Below, piece by piece: positions 52,162 to 60,856 of a stretch of DNA of 64,000 nt. The stretch spans positions 1,270,075 to 1,334,074 of the forward strand of contig OY970122.1 in NCBI GenBank assembly GCA_963705895.1. The letters are read 5' to 3'. The first letter of the stretch is position 1. Every line of letters starts with the position of its first letter. The DNA is from Candidatus Aminicenantes bacterium. Its GTDB lineage: Bacteria; Acidobacteriota; Aminicenantia; Aminicenantales; JAFGAV01. Position numbers and translations under genes: made by a program. The notes below the pieces were generated by a model. It ran no database searches. It was given only the letters and a program-made list of their open reading frames with translations, and was not told where the DNA came from.

Positions 52162-52581
52162 CTAAAGCTTCCCCAGGAGCTTGACCACGCCCTCCAGGAT
52201 GGCGTCGGGCCGGGCCGGGCATCCGGGCACATAAACGTCCACGGGCAGGACCTGGTCGATCCCGCCCATGACATTATAGGCCCCCCGGTAAACACAGCCC
52301 GACATGGCACAGGCCCCGACGGCGATGACGAACTTGGGGTCGGGCGTCTGCTCATAGATGCGAATGAGCCGGTCCTTGATCTGCCGGGTGGCCGGGCCGG
52401 TGGCGATGATGACGTCAGCGTGACGGGGCGTGGCCTTGAGCAGAACCCCGAAGCGCTCCACGTCGAAGCGCGGGGTCAGGGCGGCCACGATCTCGATATC
52501 GCAGGCGTTGCAGGCCCCTGAGTTCAGATGAAGGATCCAGGGGGATTTCTTGCGGGACCAGCGGACGATCTTTTCAAGCAT
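52162..52581 (-). CDS. hydrogenase small subunit (NuoB/MbhJ-like)
   Basis: SGACNAC ... VGACAMSG ... VPGCPARP are the 4Fe-4S cluster ligands. Confidence 0.8.
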   Translation of the reverse strand: MLEKIVRWSRKKSPWILHLNSGACNACDIEIVAALTPRFDVERFGVLLKATPRHADVIIATGPATRQIKDRLIRIYEQTPDPKFVIAVGACAMSGCVYRGAYNVMGGIDQVLPVDVYVPGCPARPDAILEGVVKLLGKL

Positions 52582-52586
52582 CGCAA

Positions 52587-52919
52587 CTAGCTCCTTGTGA
52601 TCAGGGCCACGACGGACAGGAAGATCATGACCAGGTAGATGAGGCTGAAGAAGACGATCTTGCCCGCCGGAACCGTGGCCATGACCAGGGCGGCTACGTG
52701 CATGATGGTAAAGAAGAGGGCGATGAAGAAGAATAGGCGGTAGCCCCACTGGAGCTTGACTCCGGGGATATCCTCACCGCAGGCGTACGTCTTGAGCTTG
52801 CCGCCGACCCCTTTGAGCTTGGGAGCCAGAGCGCCGCCCAGGCCGTAGATGGCAAAGGCCAGGCCGAGGAAAACGAGGAAGCCGACCGGCGGCGACAGCA
52901 GAAAATCGATCTTGCTCAT
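52587..52919 (-). CDS. NuoA-like membrane subunit
   Basis: 110 aa, 3 TM helices. YACGEDIP ... YRLFFFIALFFTIMHVAALV parallels NuoA Y-E-C-G ... F-Y-L-V-A-x-L-F. Confidence 0.55.
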   Translation of the reverse strand: MSKIDFLLSPPVGFLVFLGLAFAIYGLGGALAPKLKGVGGKLKTYACGEDIPGVKLQWGYRLFFFIALFFTIMHVAALVMATVPAGKIVFFSLIYLVMIFLSVVALITRS

Positions 52920-52922
52920 GGC

Positions 52923-53231
52923 TCACCCTTTCAGCTTGGCCAGTTTCCGGATGTCCAGGCTCTTCGTGTGGCGGTGGATGTTGATGATGATGGCCAGGGC
53001 CGTGGCCACGACGCAGACCTCGACGACGATGAACGTCACGGCCAAGGCCTGGGCGGTAAGGATGGTCTTCTTGACGAAGCCGGTGGCCACCAGGGCCAGG
53101 CTGACGCCTTTGCCGATGACTTCGATTCCGATGAAAAGCTTGATCAGGTTGCGCTGGGTCAGCAGACAATAGATCCCCACGAACAGCAGGACCGCGGCGA
53201 AGGCCATATAGATCAGCCAGGTGTTACTCAT
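52923..53231 (-). CDS. NuoK/MnhC-like membrane subunit
   Basis: RNLIKLFIGIEVIGKGVSLALVA ... VVEVCVVATALAII. Confidence 0.7.
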   Translation of the reverse strand: MSNTWLIYMAFAAVLLFVGIYCLLTQRNLIKLFIGIEVIGKGVSLALVATGFVKKTILTAQALAVTFIVVEVCVVATALAIIINIHRHTKSLDIRKLAKLKG

Positions 53232-53706
53232 CCTTACTCCTCTTGCGGAACAACGCCAGGACCGAAAATACTCCGGCGAAGATGATCCCGATCTGGGCCA
53301 CCAGGTCGAAGGTCCGGCCCTTCCAGAGGGCCTCGCTGAACGTGCCCCCCTCGCCGCCCGAAGCCATGGTCGGGATCCGGCCGATGAGGCCCTTCATCAC
53401 GAGCAGATCGATGGCCAGGAAGACGATGAAGAACAGGGGGAAGCCCCAGGATGCCAGCTTGGATTCGCGCACTTCGGCGTCGGTCCGGGTCAGGGCGATG
53501 GTCACCACGAACAGGACCGTGATCAACCCGGCCACGACCGATATCTCAAAGGCGCCGATATAGGGGGCGTTCATGGTGAAGAAAAGGATACCGAGCAGGA
53601 GGCTGGCCACGGCCAGGCAGATGGCCGCCTTCAGGATATCGCGCACCAGAATGGCCGCCACGGAAAGAGCCGTCAACCCGCACAGCAGTCCGATTTGTAG
53701 TGTCAT
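53224..53706 (-). CDS. NuoJ/MnhB-like membrane subunit
   Basis: LKAAICLAVASLLLGILFFTMNAPYIGAFEISVVAGLITVLFVV parallels the NuoJ core. Confidence 0.6.
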   Translation of the reverse strand: MTLQIGLLCGLTALSVAAILVRDILKAAICLAVASLLLGILFFTMNAPYIGAFEISVVAGLITVLFVVTIALTRTDAEVRESKLASWGFPLFFIVFLAIDLLVMKGLIGRIPTMASGGEGGTFSEALWKGRTFDLVAQIGIIFAGVFSVLALFRKRSKDE

Positions 53707-53709
53707 CGT

Positions 53710-55191
53710 TCACATTCCCCTGGAACCCGACAGCATCTGGACGCCGGCTGTCAAGGCGTCGCGGGCCGGCTCGATCCAGGATTTGATCACCAGGCTGAAG
53801 AAGATTCCGATAGCGATGCACAGCAGTCCGAGGATGACGGTCGAGAGCGTCATTCCCAAGGGCGCCTCCCTGACCTCGCGCCACCGCTCGTTCAGAAGCC
53901 CGAAGAAGGCCCGGCGCTGAATGAGCAAATAGTACCACAGAGTCAGAACGCTGACCAAAATGGCGATCAGGGCGAAGCCCCATTGATGGGCTTCGATAAG
54001 GGCCACGACGATGATGAGCTTGCTCCAGAACCCGTTGAGGGGCGGGACTCCGGCGATGGACAGCGACCCCACCAGGTTCGTCGCCGCGGTCCAGGGCATG
54101 CGCTTGGCCAGGCCTCCCATCTCATCCAGGTTGCGCGTCCCGGTCGACATCTGGATCGACCCCGAGTTCAAGAACAAGAGGCTCTTGGCCAGGGCGTGGT
54201 TCAAGAGATGGAACAGCCCGCCCAGGATCCCGAGCGGCGTCCCCAGGCCGATGCCCAGGACGATGTAGCCGACCTGGCTGATCGAGGAGTAGGCCAGCAT
54301 GCGCTTGATATCCCTCTGGCCGAGGGCCAGGAAGGCGGCCACGACCATGGAGATGACGCCCAAGTACATCAGGACCGTGGACAAGGCCGGGGTCAAGCCG
54401 ATGACCGTCAGAAGGATCCGGGTCAGGGCGTAGACCCCTGAAACCTTGATGAGTAGTCCGGACAGGACCGCGGAGATCGGGGCCGGGGCCGAGGGGTGGG
54501 CGTCGGGCAGCCAGGCGTGGAAAGGAACCAAAGCCGCCTTGAGGCCGAAACCGAAGATAAAAAAAGCGGTGCAGATGCCGACGACATAACGGGCGTCCAG
54601 GGCCCGGAGCCCGGCCGCTACGGATTCAAAGCTCAGGCTTCCGGTCAGGCCGTAGATGATGGCGATGCCGGCCACGACGAAGGCCGAGGCCACGGCAGAA
54701 AGCATGAGGTACTTGAACGAGGCCTCGAGCTCATCGTGCCCCAGGCCGTAGGCGACCAGGGCATAGGAAGCGATGGCCGCCATTTCCAGGAACAGGTACA
54801 CCTGGAAGAGGTCGGTGACCAGGACCAAACCGTTCATCCCGGCCAGCATGATCAACAGCAGGGCGTAGTAAGCGGCCTTGTCTCCGTAGTGCTCCATATA
54901 ATTAATGGAATAGATCCCGACGCAAAGACCGACCAGGGAAATGGTAAAGAGCATGAGCAAGCTGAATCCATCCAGGGCCATATGGATGTTGACCGGCTCG
55001 CCCAGCCAGATGAGCTGTTGGAGGATCGGCCCCCGGCTGATGAGCGATTTTCCGACGAAAACGGCGTAGACGAGGAGGACGAGGAAGACGCCGTTGGCCA
55101 GGACATCAGGCAGAATCCTTTTTGAGACCTTGCCGATGAGCGGCAGAAGCCCCGCGACGATGAGTGGCAGCGCGATAAACAGGAAGATCAA
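53710..55191 (-). CDS. antiporter-like subunit (NuoM/N, MnhD, MbhH family)
   Basis: 493 aa, ~14 TM helices. FHAWLPDAHPSAPAPISAVLSGLLIK ... MLAYSSISQVGYI. Confidence 0.8.
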   Translation of the reverse strand: MIFLFIALPLIVAGLLPLIGKVSKRILPDVLANGVFLVLLVYAVFVGKSLISRGPILQQLIWLGEPVNIHMALDGFSLLMLFTISLVGLCVGIYSINYMEHYGDKAAYYALLLIMLAGMNGLVLVTDLFQVYLFLEMAAIASYALVAYGLGHDELEASFKYLMLSAVASAFVVAGIAIIYGLTGSLSFESVAAGLRALDARYVVGICTAFFIFGFGLKAALVPFHAWLPDAHPSAPAPISAVLSGLLIKVSGVYALTRILLTVIGLTPALSTVLMYLGVISMVVAAFLALGQRDIKRMLAYSSISQVGYIVLGIGLGTPLGILGGLFHLLNHALAKSLLFLNSGSIQMSTGTRNLDEMGGLAKRMPWTAATNLVGSLSIAGVPPLNGFWSKLIIVVALIEAHQWGFALIAILVSVLTLWYYLLIQRRAFFGLLNERWREVREAPLGMTLSTVILGLLCIAIGIFFSLVIKSWIEPARDALTAGVQMLSGSRGM

Positions 55192-55208
55192 CTCTTCTCT
55201 CCTCTATC

Positions 55209-57092
55209 CTAGATCCCGATGAGCCAGCTGATGATCCCGGCCACGGCCAGGAGGCCGCCCAGGCACCAGGCCAGATAGTTGGCGTAGTGGCCGTTGTGGG
55301 CGGCCTGGAGGAGGCCGGTGAAACGGCCGCCGACCGCCGTGACGCCTTTTTCGTAGATCGCATCGATCGGCCGGTCGATGCCCCTGAAGAGAGCCGCGGA
55401 CAGGGCCTTCAGGAAGGTGATGCCTTGCTCATAAATATCAAAGACCCTCTTTTCCGCCAGGTCATAGACCTGCTTGAGCCCGGGGAACTTGTGAACTGGC
55501 TCGGAGGCCAAGTAGGCCTTCTTCCCGCCCCGGCGCCAGCCGTAATAATGAAGAAGGAAGGCCAGGACCAGGCAGGCGATCGAGACCAGGGCGATCGGGT
55601 TGGCCACGGCCAGGGCATGGCTGGTGAAGTCCAGGTGCTCGCCGGCCCCGATATGTCCGTCCAAGATGGGCGCGATGAACGTGTTCAAGGGCAGCTTGTT
55701 GAAGACGCCGAAGACGATGCACAGAACGGCCAGGATGACAATGGGCAGGAGGATCGGGCTTTCGCTTTCCTTGACTTTGGGCACTTCCTCTCCCCGAGGC
55801 CCCAGGAACACTGAGTGACCGGCCTTGAGGAACGAGGCAAAGGTCAGGATGGCCCCGGCCCAGGCGGCGATGGCGAAAACGATGTAGCCCGTCTCGACCG
55901 CGCCGTGGAAGACCATCTCCTTGGAAACAAAGCCGTTGAGCGGCCAGACCCCGGAAATGGCCAGGGCGCAGACGGCGAACCCAGCCGCGGTGACGGGCAT
56001 TTCCTTGCGCAGGCCGCCCAGCTTCTTGAGCTCGGTCGTGCCGCAGCGGTGCTCGACCGAACCGGCGCTCAAGAACAGGCCGCATTTATACATGGCATGG
56101 TTGATCATATGGAAGATGCCGCCGGCGATGCCGATGGGCACGGCCGTGCCGATGCCCAGGATCATGTAGCCGACCTGGCTGACGGCGTGGTAGGACAGGA
56201 GCCTCTTGAAATCCTTCTGGATGAGGGCCATGAACACGGCCAGGACGATGGTGGCCGCGCCGATGATCATCAGGGTCAGGGCCATGGCCCCGTTCTTTTC
56301 CAGCTTGAAGAAATCAAGGCTGATCCGAGCCAGGAAATAGATGCCCAGCAGCTTTTCCAGGGCGGCGGGGATGAAGGCCATGACCGACACGGGAGCGTCC
56401 ACGGCGGCGTCGGGGATCCAGGTGTGGAAGGGCATGGCCCCGGCCTTGCCGATGGCGCCGATCATCATCAGGATGAAGGCCGCCGCGGCCGGGCCCACGG
56501 GCTTGACCGAGATGTCGCTCATGGTCAAGGTCCCGGTCTGGGCCCAGAGCAGGCCGACGCCCAGGATCATGCAAAAATCGCAGAACCCGCCCAGGATGAA
56601 GCTCTTGACCGCGGTGCGGTTGGAGTCTTTTTTTGCGCCCAGAGTGATCAGGCCGTACAGCGTCACCAGCAGCCCTTCCCAGAAAAAGATGAACGGCACG
56701 AAATTGTTGGCCAGGACCGCGCCGTTGGCCAGGGCGGCAGTCAGGAAGACATAGCCATAGTATTCGCGGATCCGGGGAAGGTTCCTCATCTTGATCGTGG
56801 AATAGAGCACGATGAGGAACAAGAAACCCGCCAGACCGAGGAGGATGAACGCGCTGAAATGGTACAGCCTCAGGTCGAAGTCGATGCCCTTGCCCAGCCA
56901 GGCGACCTTCCAGGACAGGTTCTTGACGGCGAACATGACCAGCCCGAGAAAAAACAATCCGGCCGAGCCCAGAACGGCCAGGATCTCGCGAACGAGCTTG
57001 ACCCGGCTCGGGATGAGGAAGAAGACGGCGGCCAGAACCGCGGGCAGGAGGATGGGAATTAGAAGCATTTCGGGCGTCATTTGAGCCACCAC
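55209..57092 (-). CDS. antiporter-like subunit (NuoL/MnhA family)
   Basis: 627 aa. FHTWIPDAAVDAPVSVMAFIPAALEK ... LLSYHAVSQVGYM, with a C-terminal extension as in NuoL. Confidence 0.8.
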   Translation of the reverse strand: MVAQMTPEMLLIPILLPAVLAAVFFLIPSRVKLVREILAVLGSAGLFFLGLVMFAVKNLSWKVAWLGKGIDFDLRLYHFSAFILLGLAGFLFLIVLYSTIKMRNLPRIREYYGYVFLTAALANGAVLANNFVPFIFFWEGLLVTLYGLITLGAKKDSNRTAVKSFILGGFCDFCMILGVGLLWAQTGTLTMSDISVKPVGPAAAAFILMMIGAIGKAGAMPFHTWIPDAAVDAPVSVMAFIPAALEKLLGIYFLARISLDFFKLEKNGAMALTLMIIGAATIVLAVFMALIQKDFKRLLSYHAVSQVGYMILGIGTAVPIGIAGGIFHMINHAMYKCGLFLSAGSVEHRCGTTELKKLGGLRKEMPVTAAGFAVCALAISGVWPLNGFVSKEMVFHGAVETGYIVFAIAAWAGAILTFASFLKAGHSVFLGPRGEEVPKVKESESPILLPIVILAVLCIVFGVFNKLPLNTFIAPILDGHIGAGEHLDFTSHALAVANPIALVSIACLVLAFLLHYYGWRRGGKKAYLASEPVHKFPGLKQVYDLAEKRVFDIYEQGITFLKALSAALFRGIDRPIDAIYEKGVTAVGGRFTGLLQAAHNGHYANYLAWCLGGLLAVAGIISWLIGI

Positions 57093-58507
57093 ATGATGGA
57101 AGTCGTCGCCACGTTGACCAGTTTCATCGGATAGGCGACCAGGATCCCGCCCGCCAGGGACAGGACGGCCAGGAGGGCCACGACGAAGACCATGGACCGC
57201 GTGCCTTCCGGAACGGCCTCTTTGGGCTCGCCCAGGAAAACCTGGCTGAAGACCTTGAACAAGTAGAACATGGTCAGGACGGCCGTGAACAAGGCCACCG
57301 CCGCCACTCCGACCTTTCCGGCCTGGACCGTGCCCATGATGACCATGAACTTGGAGAAGAAGCCGCCGAAGGGCGGGATGCCGATGACGGACATGGCGCA
57401 GACGAGAAAGGCCACGGCAGTGACGGGCATGGTCTTGATGAGGCCGCCCATGTCCCGGATGTCGCGCTTATGAGTGGCGTGGATGACGATCCCGGCGCAG
57501 AGGAACAACCCGGCCTTGGCCAGGCCGTGCATGAGGATGAACAGCAGCGATCCGGAGACGCCGGTTGGGTTAAATACGCTGAACCCCAGGAAGATGTAGC
57601 CGATCTGGCTGACCGTGGAATAGGCCAGGATGCGCTTGAAGTCGTTCTCCACGGCGGCCGCCCCGGCGGCGATCAGGGCCGAGATGATGACGACCCAGGG
57701 AAGCGCTTCCTTCCAGCCCGCGGGGATCTGGAACGTCGCCACGAAGATCCGGGCGAAGGCGTAGACGCCGATCTTGACCAGGACCGCGGCGTGGAGCAGG
57801 GCCGTGACCGTGGTCGGGGCCACGCCGGCGTCCGGCAGCCAGGTGTGGAGGGGCACGGTGGCCGACTTGCTGAACATGCCGGCCAGGATGAGAAGCACGG
57901 CCGTGCCGGGGATCGCCACCCCGCGCATCGCCGTCAGGTCGAACGTTTTGGTCTGTCCATAGATCAGGATGAAACCCAGGAGCATGACCACGGCCCCGAA
58001 GAACGTGACGAGGAACGCTTTATCGGCCTTGACGATGAATTCCTTCTGCCGGTAGAACCCGATGAGTCTCCAGCAGCAGATGGCGATGATCTCCCAGAAA
58101 AGATACATGAAAATCAGACTGCCGGAGAAGACCAAGCCCATCATCGACCCGATGAAGAGCACGACCATCAGGTAGTACTCGTTCTGGTTCTCCTCGTGGG
58201 CGATGTATCCCAGGGAATAGACGATGATGAGGAAGCCGACGAACGAGCTCACCGCGGCCATGAACACCGACAGCGGGTCCACGATCAGGATGAAATCGAG
58301 GCCCAGGGCGAACGGCTGCCGATAGACCGCCTGTCCGCCTCCCATGACAGAGGGGATCATGAGCCAGGGCAGAAACGCGGTCACCGCTCCCAGAAGCACG
58401 GACCACGCGGAGCGCACGGATCGGGAGATGCGGCCGGCGATGGGAATGGTCAAGGAGCCGATGACGGGGACAAAGACCGTTAGGAGGACGATGGTGGCTG
58501 TGTTCAT
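57077..58507 (-). CDS. antiporter-like subunit (NuoN/M, MnhD family)
   Basis: 476 aa. LHTWLPDAGVAPTTVTALLHAAVLVK ... ILAYSTVSQIGYI. Confidence 0.8.
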   Translation of the reverse strand: MNTATIVLLTVFVPVIGSLTIPIAGRISRSVRSAWSVLLGAVTAFLPWLMIPSVMGGGQAVYRQPFALGLDFILIVDPLSVFMAAVSSFVGFLIIVYSLGYIAHEENQNEYYLMVVLFIGSMMGLVFSGSLIFMYLFWEIIAICCWRLIGFYRQKEFIVKADKAFLVTFFGAVVMLLGFILIYGQTKTFDLTAMRGVAIPGTAVLLILAGMFSKSATVPLHTWLPDAGVAPTTVTALLHAAVLVKIGVYAFARIFVATFQIPAGWKEALPWVVIISALIAAGAAAVENDFKRILAYSTVSQIGYIFLGFSVFNPTGVSGSLLFILMHGLAKAGLFLCAGIVIHATHKRDIRDMGGLIKTMPVTAVAFLVCAMSVIGIPPFGGFFSKFMVIMGTVQAGKVGVAAVALFTAVLTMFYLFKVFSQVFLGEPKEAVPEGTRSMVFVVALLAVLSLAGGILVAYPMKLVNVATTSIMWWLK

Positions 58508-58537
58508 GAATGATTTAGCTCATTAAAATGAAGGCTA

Positions 58538-58566
58538 AATATATAAAGTTGAACCCCACTTGTCAA
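58538..58566 (-). promoter_or_regulatory. sigma70-type promoter of the hydrogenase operon
   Basis: The minus strand reads TTGACA (58566-58561), a 17-nt spacer, then TATATT (58543-58538), 30 nt upstream of the first ATG. Confidence 0.6.
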
Positions 58567-58717
58567 GGTTTCCGCGCCTTCGGAAGAGTCAGATCGGATA
58601 AAGACTTTTCCGCGTTTCGATGGGCAACGATTGCCTCCGCGGGAAGCGGGCCTCGCCGCACTCCTTTTCCCGGAGCGCCCGCGGCATCGAGTCAAGCAGG
58701 GCGCAGAACCCGCTATT

Positions 58718-60175
58718 TCAGGACGTCCGAGCGGCCCTCTTCCGGTTCCGCCTCTGCCAATAGGCATAGGCCGGGATGCCCAGGACGATGACGAACAGGG
58801 CCGTCACCGGGTTGGTCAGGAACGATTTGAGCATTTGGCCGAACGAGCCGCCCGCAGAGATCGCCTGACCATAGCCCTGGATATCCTTGGCCATGTCCTT
58901 GATGCCCAGGCTGAGAATGAAGAGCGAGCCGACGATGAAAATGATGGGCGTGACCGGGTAGCCGAACGTCTTATAGGGACGCTTGAGATCCGGCCTCTTC
59001 TTCCGCAGGACGATGACAGCGGCCGCCGTCATGCCGAAAAAGACCCATTCCCCCAGGACGACGTAGGTGAAGAGCTTCTCAAACGATCCCCACAGGCTGA
59101 GGACGATGCTCCAGATCCCCATGGCGATGATGGCCTGATGGGGGGTGTGATACTTTTTATGTACTCCGGCCAGGCTCTTGAAGAACAGTCCATCCCGGGC
59201 CATGGAATAATAGACCCGCGGCGAACAGAGCAAGTTCTGGTTGGCGGCGCCCATGATGGAGAAAAGGATGACCACCGCCGTCAGGGCCGCGGCCAGCGGG
59301 CCCACGACCGTCCGGATGGCCTCGCTGGCTACGTAGGTCGTCTGGGCGATCTTGGAGATCGGCATGACGTAAAGGTAAGCCAGGTTGGCGACGATGTAGA
59401 TCAGCACGCAGGCCAGGGTCCCGATGAACAGGCCCAGGGGGAGGTTGCGCTCGGGCCGCTTGGCTTCGGCGCCGCTGTACGTGGCCGCTTCCCAGCCCTT
59501 GTAAGCCCACAGCGTAGCGACCAGCGCCGCTCCGAAGGCGCCGATCATGCCCATATTGAAGTGGCCCGGCCGAGGAGCGAAGAAGTTGGCCGTGCTGCCC
59601 TTGGCGAAGATGAAGATCACGCCGCAGATGATGATCAAGGACCCGAACTTGATGACCGTCAGGAGGTTTTGAAGGTTGGCGCCCCACCTGGCCCCGATGT
59701 AGTTGGCCGCCATCAGGAAGATGATCATCCCGGCCGCAACAAGCTGGATGGCCAAGCCGGACATGTTGGGGATGAGCCGGGGAAGATATTCCTTGGAGAA
59801 GGCCACAGCCAGAGTGGCCACCGCTCCGGAATCGATCACCAGGAACAGCGTCCAGCCGAACAAGAACGAGACCAGGTGTCCGTAGGCCTCTCTCAGGTAA
59901 ACGTAGATCCCGCCGGCCTCCGGATATGCCGCGCCCAGCTCGGCGAAGGACAGCGACCCGAAAAGACTGAGCAAGCCGCCGACCACCCAGACGAGGAGCA
60001 TCAGCATCGGCGAGCCGACCTGGCCGGCGATGGCCGCCGGCACGAGAAAGATACCGGAGCCGATGACGCCGCCGATCACGATGCTGATCATGTCCCAGAG
60101 TCCCAGAACTCGAACCAAGCCCGGCTTCTGTTCGACCGAGGACGAAGGCGAGGGGTTGATGTTTTCTTTGGCCAT
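58718..60175 (-). CDS. APC-family amino acid/polyamine permease
   Basis: LGLWDMISIVIGGVIGSGIFLVPAAIA ... 12 TM helices. Confidence 0.8.
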   Translation of the reverse strand: MAKENINPSPSSSVEQKPGLVRVLGLWDMISIVIGGVIGSGIFLVPAAIAGQVGSPMLMLLVWVVGGLLSLFGSLSFAELGAAYPEAGGIYVYLREAYGHLVSFLFGWTLFLVIDSGAVATLAVAFSKEYLPRLIPNMSGLAIQLVAAGMIIFLMAANYIGARWGANLQNLLTVIKFGSLIIICGVIFIFAKGSTANFFAPRPGHFNMGMIGAFGAALVATLWAYKGWEAATYSGAEAKRPERNLPLGLFIGTLACVLIYIVANLAYLYVMPISKIAQTTYVASEAIRTVVGPLAAALTAVVILFSIMGAANQNLLCSPRVYYSMARDGLFFKSLAGVHKKYHTPHQAIIAMGIWSIVLSLWGSFEKLFTYVVLGEWVFFGMTAAAVIVLRKKRPDLKRPYKTFGYPVTPIIFIVGSLFILSLGIKDMAKDIQGYGQAISAGGSFGQMLKSFLTNPVTALFVIVLGIPAYAYWQRRNRKRAARTS

Positions 60176-60254
60176 GGCCCATACATTATCGTAAAGCTAA
60201 ACGAGAATCAATGTCGAAACGGCGATTCCTTTCGTGCCGATCGCTCAGAGGCGA

Positions 60255-60283
60255 TTGACAAGGCGCCGAGCCGCTCCTATAAT
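60255..60283 (+). promoter_or_regulatory. consensus sigma70 promoter upstream of bactofilin-uvrB-uvrC
   Basis: TTGACA (60255-60260), a 17-nt spacer, then TATAAT (60278-60283). Confidence 0.65.
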
Positions 60284-60322
60284 TTATGCGGCAATCGGAG
60301 GAAGGTGGGGAAAAGAGGCAAG

Positions 60323-60763
60323 ATGTCGATTTTCGACCCGAAGGACAAGAAAGCAGAGGCCGAACTTGTCCCAACGGCCGGCGCGGCCTCGATCGGTCCC
60401 ACCCACTTCGTCAACGGGCAGGTCACCGGCGAAGAAGACCTGGTTGTCAAGGGGTACATCAAAGGCCGTGTCGACCTGAAGGATCACAACCTCTTCATCG
60501 AGAAGGGCGGCCGCGTGGACGGCGACATCATCGTCAAGGACCTCATCCTGCGGGGCCTCGTCAACGGCAACATCTTCGCCGCCGGCAAGGTGTATGTCGC
60601 GCCCCAAGCGCACGTGCGCGGGGACATCGCCGCGGCGCGAATCTCCATCTCCGAGGGCGCCATTTTCAAGGGGAGCATCAAGATGGAAGAGGACATGGAA
60701 ATGGTGTCCGCCCCCAGAGAAAAGTCCGAACCGGCCGGAGACAAGGACTCCAAGAGGAAATAA
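60323..60763 (+). CDS. bactofilin (DUF583) cytoskeletal protein
   Basis: 146 aa. Repetitive beta-helical core (VNGQVTGEEDLVVKGYIKGRVDL ... GRVDGDIIVKDLILRGLVNGNIFAAGKVYVAPQAHVRGDIAAARISISEGAIFKGSI). The track fuses it to an antisense ORF. Confidence 0.75.
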   Translation: MSIFDPKDKKAEAELVPTAGAASIGPTHFVNGQVTGEEDLVVKGYIKGRVDLKDHNLFIEKGGRVDGDIIVKDLILRGLVNGNIFAAGKVYVAPQAHVRGDIAAARISISEGAIFKGSIKMEEDMEMVSAPREKSEPAGDKDSKRK

Positions 60764-60856
60764 CCGGCAGCTTTGCGGGCAGGCCACCGGACCGAGCAAC
60801 GTTCTGCGCTCGATGTCCGCCTTCCGTCCCCTGTGCTTCGGGACTCTTCTGCTATA

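Noticed and set aside
58631-60322. First ~560 codons of the 710-aa plus-strand ORF
   Set aside because: It is antisense to the APC permease. Only the last 146 codons, from the ATG at 60323 behind a consensus promoter, form a recognisable protein (bactofilin).
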